The notes below the pieces were generated by a model, which saw only the letters and a list, made by a program, of their open reading frames with translations, was not told where the DNA came from and searched no databases. This document shows positions 56,794 through 64,000 of a DNA stretch of 64,000 nucleotides, one piece after another. The DNA is from Bdellovibrionota bacterium (GTDB lineage: Bacteria > Bdellovibrionota > FAC87 > UBA2466 > JACKAF01): contig JAWKNY010000002.1 of the NCBI GenBank assembly GCA_041391485.1, positions 128,245-192,244 of the forward strand. Direction: 5' to 3'. The position numbers and the translations under genes were made by a program. Numbering within the stretch: position 1 is the stretch's first letter; every line of letters starts with the position of its first letter.

Positions 56794-58728
56794 ATGAAAG
56801 TTCATATTACTTTACCAGATGGAACTCAGCGGGAGTTTGAGCGCGGCGTCACGTCGCTAGACGTGCTAAAAACTCTAGGCCGACGCCTAGAAAAAGACGC
56901 TCTTGCCGCCGTACTCAACGGAAAAACCGTGGATTTGACGCTTCCTATCGAGGCGGACGCAAGCTTCAAGGTCATCACGCGCGACAGCGCCGAGGGCCTG
57001 GAGATTTTGCGCCACTCAACGGCGCACCTTTTGGCACACGCCGTCAAGGAGCTGTACCCCAAGTCGCAAATCACCATTGGCCCGGTGACCGAAGACGGCT
57101 TTTACTACGATATTTCATACTCGGACCAATTTACTCCTGACGATCTCGCGAAGCTGGAAAAGCGGATGCAGGAGATCGTAAAACGGGATTACCCGGTCAG
57201 CCGAAAGATCTGGCAGCGCGACGAAGCGGTCGCCTTTTTTAAGGGCCAGGGAGAACTCTACAAGGCTGAAATAATTCAGGATTTGGATTCATCCGAAACG
57301 ATAAGCACCTACCAGCAGGGCGACTTTGTCGATCTCTGCCGAGGCCCGCACGTGCCCAATCTAGGACGGCTGGGGAAGTTCAAGTTGCTCTCGGTGGCCG
57401 GCGCCTACTGGCGTGGCGACGAGAAGAACGAGATGCTCCAACGCATCTACGGAACCGCCTTTCCAGATCAGAAGTCTTTGGATGAGCACCTGCACCGGCT
57501 TGAAGAGGCCAAGCGCCGCGATCACCGCAAACTGGGTCCGGAAATGGAGCTTTTCAGCTTCCTTCCTATTTCTCCAGCGATGGCATTTTTCCAGCCCAAA
57601 GGCACGACTTTGTACCTGACTCTGCTCGAATTTGTGCGCAAAGAGATGAATGCCCTCGGGTACCAGGAAGTCGCCTGCCCGCAGCTGATGACAGTAGACC
57701 TGTGGAAAACGAGCGGTCACTGGGAACACTTTAAAGACAACATGTTTGTCACCGGCCACCACCACACCGAGGCCGAAGAGAACTGGATGGGCCTAAAACC
57801 CATGAACTGTCCCGGTCACGCGGCGTTCTTCAAAACAAAGAAGCACAGCTACCGAGAGCTTCCCATTCGTTTTGCCGAGTTTACAAAGGTCCACCGCGAT
57901 GAGCGCGCGGGCGTGACTCACGGGCTTTTCAGAACGCGTACGTTTAGCATCGACGACGGCCACGTTTTTTGCACAGAAGATCAAGTTGCGGATGAGGTGC
58001 AACGCACGCTCGACCACACCTTGCGCATTTACAAGGCCGTGGGATTTAACGACGTGGAAATCAAGCTTGCCACACGTCCCCCAAGCTCGCTTGGCACAGA
58101 CGAGATGTGGGAGCGGTCCATTGGTGTGCTTGCCAACTGCTTGAAAAAAGCAGGGGTGGAATACGAAGTACTGGACGGCGAAGGGGCGTTTTATGGCCCG
58201 AAGATTGAATTCCACGTGCGCGACAGCCTCAACCGGCGTTGGCAGTGCGGAACGATTCAGTACGATCCGAACTTGCCGGAGCGTTTTGATCTCGAGTACG
58301 TCGATTCCGACGGGCAATCCAAACGTCCGGTCATGATCCACCGGGCCGTTTTGGGGAGCTTCGAAAGATTTTTGGGAATCCTCATTGAGCACCACGGCGG
58401 CCATCTGCCGCTCTGGCTGGCACCCACCCAGGTGGTGGTCATCAGCCTAACGGGCGATCAGATTCCCTATGCAGAAGAGATTGGAAAGTTTTTGAATAAT
58501 TTGGGCGTTCGGCACGAACTCGATACCCGCAACGAAAAGCTGGGGTACAAGATCCGCGAAGCCCAACTCAAGCGTGTCCCCTTGATGGTGATACTGGGAA
58601 AAAAAGAAGAGGAGGCAAAGGTCCTCTCCGTCCGAAAGCACGACGGCGAGAATTTGCAGAACCTCACTCTGGACGCGTTCAAGGAATACTTATCACCCCA
58701 ACTTGTTCCAGGAGGAATGGACCATTAG
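56794..58728 (+). CDS. thrS: threonine--tRNA ligase
   Basis: 644-aa ORF. TGS domain, HSTAHLLAHAV, class II motifs (FRTRTFSIDDGHVF, GAFYGPKIEF). Confidence 0.97.
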   Translation: MKVHITLPDGTQREFERGVTSLDVLKTLGRRLEKDALAAVLNGKTVDLTLPIEADASFKVITRDSAEGLEILRHSTAHLLAHAVKELYPKSQITIGPVTEDGFYYDISYSDQFTPDDLAKLEKRMQEIVKRDYPVSRKIWQRDEAVAFFKGQGELYKAEIIQDLDSSETISTYQQGDFVDLCRGPHVPNLGRLGKFKLLSVAGAYWRGDEKNEMLQRIYGTAFPDQKSLDEHLHRLEEAKRRDHRKLGPEMELFSFLPISPAMAFFQPKGTTLYLTLLEFVRKEMNALGYQEVACPQLMTVDLWKTSGHWEHFKDNMFVTGHHHTEAEENWMGLKPMNCPGHAAFFKTKKHSYRELPIRFAEFTKVHRDERAGVTHGLFRTRTFSIDDGHVFCTEDQVADEVQRTLDHTLRIYKAVGFNDVEIKLATRPPSSLGTDEMWERSIGVLANCLKKAGVEYEVLDGEGAFYGPKIEFHVRDSLNRRWQCGTIQYDPNLPERFDLEYVDSDGQSKRPVMIHRAVLGSFERFLGILIEHHGGHLPLWLAPTQVVVISLTGDQIPYAEEIGKFLNNLGVRHELDTRNEKLGYKIREAQLKRVPLMVILGKKEEEAKVLSVRKHDGENLQNLTLDAFKEYLSPQLVPGGMDH

Positions 58729-59338
58729 ACGCTTCAGACCAAGAGAAAAAGAGGATGAAATCCGCATTAACCACCGGATCCGGGTACGCGAGGTACGCTT
58801 GATCGGTGCCGACGGCTCTCAGCTCGGCATCATGGAGACCCGCAAGGCCTTGGAAATGGCCCAGAATTTGGGGCTGGACCTCTGCGAAGTCTCTCCCAAA
58901 GCCAAGCCGCCGGTTTGCAAGATCCTCGACTACGGGAAGTTCAAGTACGAGCAAAAGAAGAAAAAGAGCGCAGCGAAGAAGAAGCAGGCGGTCACTACAC
59001 TGAAAGAAGTGCAGTTCCGTCCCCGCACCGACACCCACGACATCGACTACAAGGTACGCAACATTCTGCGTTTTTTGGAGGAAGGCAACAAGGTCAAGGT
59101 CTCCATCCGTTTCCGCGGACGTGAAATGGCCCACACCGACATCGGGCACGATCTGGTCAAAAAGATCGTGGAACGCGTCGGCGAGGCGGGCGTCATGGAC
59201 CAGCGCGCCAAGATGGAGTCCCGAGTCCTCTCCTTCACGCTTAGCCCGAATCCCAAGGCTAAAAAGCCCAAAAAGCCGGCCGCTACGACCCCTCCGGGGA
59301 AGCCGGAAGAAGGGGCTCAGCCAGCCGGATCGGCTTAG
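58724..59338 (+). CDS. infC: translation initiation factor IF-3, probable ATT start
   Basis: IRINHRIRVREVRLIGADGSQLGI...PPVCKILDYGKFKYE...RFRGREMAH. ATT at 58724 lies 8 nt downstream of GGAGG and overlaps the thrS TAG. The track start is TTG 58703. Confidence 0.9.
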   Translation: MRRFRPREKEDEIRINHRIRVREVRLIGADGSQLGIMETRKALEMAQNLGLDLCEVSPKAKPPVCKILDYGKFKYEQKKKKSAAKKKQAVTTLKEVQFRPRTDTHDIDYKVRNILRFLEEGNKVKVSIRFRGREMAHTDIGHDLVKKIVERVGEAGVMDQRAKMESRVLSFTLSPNPKAKKPKKPAATTPPGKPEEGAQPAGSA

Positions 59339-59359
59339 GGCCGCCGTCGTCAACTTTCA

Positions 59360-59387
59360 TTGACAAGGCGCGGGCTTTGAGTATTGT
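59360..59387 (+). promoter_or_regulatory. sigma-70-like promoter upstream of rpmI-rplT
   Basis: TTGACA (59360-59365), a 16-nt spacer, then TATTGT (59382-59387). Confidence 0.4.
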
Positions 59388-59543
59388 GTCCCGATAGGCA
59401 AAAAAGACGCTTGCGTCTTGGAACACTTTGTAGGGGCGTTCCCCCACGGTGCAGTGCCAAATACTTAAGCAATTTCAATCTCTTACCTGATTAGGGTGAG
59501 AGGCTGCGGAAGCGATTTAGAAGAAGGCGAGCGGAGTTTCACG

Positions 59544-59738
59544 ATGCCCAAGATAAAGACAAAATCCAGCGCGAAGAAGCGGTTCAAGATGACAGGCTCT
59601 GGCAATGTCAAACGGGCAAAGGCGAGTCTCTCCCATCTTTTGAACCACAAGCCGTCCAAGCGTACCCGAAGACTGCGTCAAATGACTTTGGTGGACGACG
59701 CGGATATTGCTCAAGTTAAGCGAATGTTGGTAAAGTAA
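59544..59738 (+). CDS. rpmI: 50S ribosomal protein L35
   Basis: MPKIKTKSSAKKRFKMTGSGNVKRAKA... (64 aa). Start is moved to ATG 59544. Confidence 0.95.
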   Translation: MPKIKTKSSAKKRFKMTGSGNVKRAKASLSHLLNHKPSKRTRRLRQMTLVDDADIAQVKRMLVK

Positions 59739-59762
59739 CTATTTGAAAAGAGTTTTTTTCTT

Positions 59763-60119
59763 ATGCCTAGAGTAAAGCGGGGTCCCGCTGGCAGGACCAA
59801 AAGAAAGAAGATCCTTAAACGAGCCGAAGGTTTTGTAGGAAGCGCTGGTAATGTGCTTAAGATGGCGCGGGAATACACCCAGCGTGCAGATCGCTTCGCT
59901 TATAGGGATCGTAAGCAACGTAAGCGCCACATGCGTGCGTTATGGCAAACACGAATTAATGCTGCGTGCAGGCTTCACAATCTGAGCTACTCAAAGTTTA
60001 TTTCTGGTCTAAAGAAGGCAAATATTGAATTGGATCGCAAGATTCTTTCCGAGATTGCCATACTTCATCCAGATCATTTCACTCGGCTTGTGGAGTTCGC
60101 GCGGCCTCAGGCTGCATGA
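59763..60119 (+). CDS. rplT: 50S ribosomal protein L20
   Basis: MPRVKRGPAGRTKRKKILKRAEGF...YRDRKQRKR (118 aa). Confidence 0.95.
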   Translation: MPRVKRGPAGRTKRKKILKRAEGFVGSAGNVLKMAREYTQRADRFAYRDRKQRKRHMRALWQTRINAACRLHNLSYSKFISGLKKANIELDRKILSEIAILHPDHFTRLVEFARPQAA

Positions 60120-61099
60120 TCGACGACATCCAACGCATTCGGGACGAAGCCCGAAATAAGCTCTCCAGTGTGGACGACCTAACAGAGTTGGACCGCCTTC
60201 GCGTTCAATATCTGGGCAAAAAGGGCGTGGTCACCGCTGCCCTCAAGCAACTCAAGGATCTCACTCCGGAACAACGCAAAGAAATCGGTGCGGTAGTCAA
60301 TGAGACCCGCGACGATTTGGAATCCCGCTTTGAGATGAAGCGCCTGGATATCAAGCGCAGTGATTTGGAGAAAGAGCTCTCTCGCACTGAGCCTTTGGAC
60401 GTCACTCTCCCTGGACAGTACGCCGTTCCCGCAGGTTCGCAGCACCCTGTCCACCGGGTCATTGATGAGATGGTCGGTATTCTACGTAAAGTAGGCTTCT
60501 CGATCGCCACCGGCCCTGAAATCGAAACTGAATATTACAATTTTGAAGCGCTCAACACACCCGAGTCACACCCGGCGCGTGACGTGCAAGACACGTTCTA
60601 CGTTCAGTCGCCCATCCTTCTACGCTCCCATACCTCTCCGGTTCAGGTGCGTACCATGAAGGCCATCGATCCGCCGGTACAAATCATTTCCTTCGGGCGT
60701 GTCTACCGAGCCGACTACGATCACACGCACACACCCATGTTCCACCAGATGGAAGGCTTACTCGTCGATGAGGATGTCTCTTTGGCGGACTTGAAGGGCG
60801 TGATGCATTACCTGATCCGCGAACTCTTTGGTAAGCGTGCAATCCGTTTTCGCCCAAGCTTTTTCCCGTTCACCGAACCCAGCGCTGAAGTGGACATGCA
60901 GTGGAACGACGGTTGGCTTGAAATCGGCGGCTGCGGCATGGTGCACCCGAACGTTTTAGAAGCCGCAGGCTACAACCCGGATCGGTACATGGGTTTTGCT
61001 TTTGGAATGGGCATCGAAAGAATTGCGATGCTTAAGTACGGGATCGACGATCTACGCTCCCTCTTCGAGAACGACTACCGCATGTTGGAGCAGTTCTGA
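60116..61099 (+). CDS. pheS: phenylalanine--tRNA ligase alpha subunit
   Basis: 327-aa ORF. HPARDVQDTFY, LRSHTSPVQVR, FGRVYRADYD, FPFTEPSAEVD, GMGIERIAMLKYGI. Confidence 0.97.
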   Translation: MIDDIQRIRDEARNKLSSVDDLTELDRLRVQYLGKKGVVTAALKQLKDLTPEQRKEIGAVVNETRDDLESRFEMKRLDIKRSDLEKELSRTEPLDVTLPGQYAVPAGSQHPVHRVIDEMVGILRKVGFSIATGPEIETEYYNFEALNTPESHPARDVQDTFYVQSPILLRSHTSPVQVRTMKAIDPPVQIISFGRVYRADYDHTHTPMFHQMEGLLVDEDVSLADLKGVMHYLIRELFGKRAIRFRPSFFPFTEPSAEVDMQWNDGWLEIGGCGMVHPNVLEAAGYNPDRYMGFAFGMGIERIAMLKYGIDDLRSLFENDYRMLEQF

Positions 61100-63533
61100 T
61101 GCTACTCTCGCTGAACTGGCTAAAAGACTATCTATCCAAACAAGATATTAAGATTAATGCCAAAGACCTCGCCGAAAAGCTCACGATGCGAGGGCTTGCG
61201 GTGGAAAGAATTTCGAGTGGCACTCGAGGCCTCGATAACGTGGTGGTGGGGACGATTGAGAAAATCGAAAAGCACCCCAACGCCGATCGTTTGCAGGTAA
61301 CGCAGGTACGAGTTTCGAACGAACCCCATGCAGAAGTTCTGCAGATCGTCTGTGGCGCAAAGAATATCGCCGAAGGCGACATCGTTCCCGTTGCCTTGGT
61401 GGGGGCCGTGCTTCCTGGCGATCTTAAGATTAAGAAGTCCAAGATTCGCGGAGTGGAATCCAGTGGGATGCTCTGCTCCGGACGCGAGCTAGAAATCTCG
61501 GAAGATTCTGACGGAATTCTCAAGCTTCCTAAACACAGCACAATCGGGCAACCACTTGCGCGTCTTTTGGGATCAGACGACGTTCTTTTGGAGTTTGATT
61601 TAACCGCAAACCGAGGCGACTGCCTGTCGGTATTGGGACTTGCGCGGGAAATTTGTCCCGTATTGAAAACGCGCTTGCGCGACCCCAAACCCCCTCGTTT
61701 TAAGAATTCCAACCACCGCACTTCCGCCATCGTAAAAGTGGAAGTTGAGGACAAGGACGTGTGCCCGCGCTATGTCGCGCGTGTCATCGACACGCTAAAG
61801 GTCACCGAAAGTCCTGACTGGATCAAACAGCGTTTGAAAACGGTGGGCATTCGCCCCATCAACAACATCGTCGACATCACGAACTTCGTCATGCTCGAGT
61901 ACGGGCAGCCACTGCACGCCTTTGATCTGCGGCGGATCGAATCCGGCGGCATCAAGATCGGGCGCTGTGACAAGACCATGGAATTTGAGCTGCTCAACGG
62001 CGAGCGCGTCCTGCTTGAACCTGGGGATATCCTCATCAAGGACGGCGACCGACCGATCGCGCTAGCGGGCATCATGGGCGGTGCGAACACCCAGATCGAA
62101 AACGACTCGACCAGCATCCTTCTTGAAAGCGCCTGCTTTGACGCCACTCAGATCCGCAAAACGGCAAAGCGCTTGAACCTGCACACAGATTCTTCAAAGC
62201 GCTTCGAGCGGGGCATCGACATCGAAGGGGTGAACCGCGCCAGTGAACGCGCGGCCGCCTTGTTGCGCGATAGTTTTGAAGCCAATGTCTACCACCCGCC
62301 TACGGACACGAATCCGGAGCCGGCAAAACCTCGGTCTTTTGCCGTCGATATGCGAGACATTCGACGTATCACCGGGCTCTACAACCTGTCGCCAGAGAAG
62401 GCGACCGATTTGCTGGATTCCATTGGCATCCCCACGCACAAGCGCTCGACGAATATTTTTATCGTGAAGCCGCCTAGCTTCCGAAACGATCTGGAAAAGA
62501 GCATCGATATCGTGGAAGAAGTCGCACGCCTGATAGGCTACGATACGATTCCGGAACGCTACCCGTTTTCCACCGCGCCCTTTGATACGTACCACGATCC
62601 GATTTATGAGTTTGAACGCAGAGCCCGCACTCTGCTGGCGCAGCTGGGTTTGCGCGAGACCATCCAGTACAGTTTTACTTCCGAAGCAACGCTCATCAAG
62701 TACGGCGCCCACTCGGACAGCTTGATTAAGCTGCAAAATCCCATCAGCGAAGAATTCAAGGTCATGCGTCCAAGCTTGCTGCCAAGTCTCCTGGAGACCT
62801 ATCTCTACAACAAGAACCGCCGCAGTGAAGGGCAGCGATTGTTTGAGGTTGCACGCGCGTACGAAAAAGACGAAAGCAACTCGGAGACGAACGCTAAAGA
62901 AACCCTATGGGCTGCGGGACTCTTGTCGGGCAATACGCTTCAAGAAAGCTGGCGCAAGAACGGCGAGAAAATCGATTTCTACTACGGAAAAGGCTTGGTA
63001 GACATCCTCGTGCGACAACTGTCCACGGTTTATCTTGCTTACGAGAATTCTCGGGATAGTAAGCTTCTGCACCCGCACCGAAGCGCCTCCCTCAAGCTGG
63101 GCCTAAACACGGTCGGCTACGTCGGCGAAGTGCACCCGTACATCCGCGAGCAAGTTTTGGAAACGCATGATTCGGTAGTACTGTTTGAACTGAACCTGGA
63201 TGCGTTACGCAAGTATGAACGCAAAGGCGTCCACTTCAAAACACCGTCTCGTTTCCCGGCGGTAGATATCGATATTGCTATCGTCTGTGACAAATCGCTC
63301 ACCAGTCAGGCCCTGATCGAAGCGATCAAGTCCGATGGATCCGATCTTCTTGAAAGTGCACGCGTCTTTGACATCTACGAAGGCGAAAATATTCCGATGG
63401 GAAAAAGAGCGTCGCGTTCCACCTTTCCTTCGTTTCCAAGGATCGTACTTTGGAAGAACATGAGGTTACGGAACTGCGTGACAAGATTGTCAAAGGACTT
63501 GAAAGCAAGTACTCCGCGCAACTCCGCGCCTAG
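61099..63533 (+). CDS. pheT: phenylalanine--tRNA ligase beta subunit, C-terminal frameshift in this assembly
   Basis: tRNA-binding domain (HPNADRLQVTQV), B3/4 and B5 domains. The track ORF tail after IPMGK is nonsense. A 1-nt correction at GGGAAAAA 63399-63406 restores GKKSVAFHLSFVSKDRTLEEHEVTELRDKIVKGLESKYSAQLRA and a TAG at 63531-63533. Confidence 0.95.
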
Positions 63534-63635
63534 CCTCAACCTCCACACGACACAACGCTTCCAGCGCGCAGCTCCATGAGACACTCTGCCCCAATGGTAT
63601 AATAGGGCCGTTTAGTTCCCAGCTTGGAGGCCCAC

Positions 63636-64000
63636 ATGGCAAAGACACCCTCGAACGGCAACGATTTCATGCTTCCCGAACCACACGAAAAATTGGCGGC
63701 CAAGTTCATCTTGGACGCGATCGAAAAAAAGAGAAAGGCGGCGCAACAGGAACTCAGCACCGAGGTCCCGGCTGAAGAGCCGGAACTGCGCGTGGAAACT
63801 GCAGAGGAACCCGACGAACCCGAGTCCCAAAGCGAGTTTGCCGATCTGGGGAAATCACCCGAGGAGTCTACGGTCCAAGCTTTGCCAGAGATTGAACTGA
63901 ACAAGAAGTACTTCCGAATCGGTGAAGCCGCTGAATTGTTAGGGGTAGAACCGTATGTGTTGCGCTACTGGGAGAGCGAGTTTTCCGGTATCCGTCCCAT
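63636..64000 (+). CDS. MerR family transcriptional regulator (5' part; runs off the window)
   Basis: I translated this myself from ATG 63636, preceded by GGAGG. An acidic N-terminal region is followed by KKYFRIGEAAELLGVEPYVLRYWESEFSGIRP, a MerR HTH. It is absent from the ORF track because the frame stays open to the window end. Confidence 0.75.
   Translation, partial: MAKTPSNGNDFMLPEPHEKLAAKFILDAIEKKRKAAQQELSTEVPAEEPELRVETAEEPDEPESQSEFADLGKSPEESTVQALPEIELNKKYFRIGEAAELLGVEPYVLRYWESEFSGIRP

Noticed and set aside
58679-59353. 224-aa ORF antisense to infC. Similar long antisense or alternative-frame ORFs lie at 196-645, 10027-10620, 12311-12949, 12959-13369, 15920-16513, 17781-18131, 49239-49913, 53486-54061, 57793-58404, 61128-61754 and 62194-62736.
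   Set aside because: All lie entirely within strongly supported genes on the opposite strand or in another frame. They have Arg/Ser/Pro/Gly-rich biased composition and no motifs. Such shadow ORFs are typical in GC-rich DNA.
1-64000. CRISPR arrays, transposases, integrases, prophage genes, toxin-antitoxin pairs or known anti-phage defence genes
   Set aside because: I found no spaced direct-repeat array on reading the intergenic regions. No ORF product has transposase, integrase, RT, nuclease-NTPase or similar motifs.

Overview
This is a 64-kb chromosomal segment of a Gram-negative, delta-proteobacterium-like bacterium. I infer a Bdellovibrionota/Myxococcota-type organism from a Glt/Nfs-type gliding-motility envelope cluster, many signal-peptide hydrolases, and TPR/FHA proteins. 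I recognise about 56 protein genes and one tRNA-Gly(GCC). I see no rRNA, CRISPR array, transposase, integrase, phage gene or known defence gene.

Layout:
- 0-9.3 kb: sensory and secreted enzymes (7TMR-DISM cyclase, amidohydrolase, M13 peptidase, sigma-54 response regulator, Ig-like repeat protein).
- 9.3-17.3 kb: housekeeping genes (gor, Nudix, ABC-F, rlmN, HAD) around a three-gene type III polyketide synthase operon.
- 17.4-21.4 kb: an orphan secreted protein and an ECF sigma/anti-sigma module.
- 21.5-33.2 kb: an AT-richer glycan-modification island starting at tRNA-Gly. It holds a pyruvyl transferase, two flavoprotein reductases, an RfbH-type dehydratase, an SDR, three GT2 genes and a sulfotransferase-GT fusion.
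- 33.3-38.4 kb: a porin plus a sulfur module (flavoprotein reductase, TauE, rhodanese-DUF2892, persulfide dioxygenase, Crp/Fnr).
- 38.4-45.6 kb: orphan secreted proteins, a desaturase-SDR fusion, and an ArsC/Spx-like gene with an in-frame TGA at the CxxC position.
- 45.8-47.8 kb: OPT transporter.
- 47.8-56.5 kb: six-gene Glt/Nfs-like cluster.
- 56.8-64 kb: thrS-infC-rpmI-rplT-pheS-pheT-MerR.

Major caveat: at least 12 single-base frame breaks, most of them at short homopolymer runs, and 3 unexplained in-frame stops interrupt conserved genes, including pheT and rlmN. The contig therefore looks indel-error-prone. Coordinates for those genes span the reconstructed frame.

Best leads are the possible selenoprotein, the PKS operon with an uncharacterised 4-TM partner, the pyruvyl-transferase/reductase pairing, and the sulfotransferase-GT fusion. 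I found nothing I can defend as a wholly new system.
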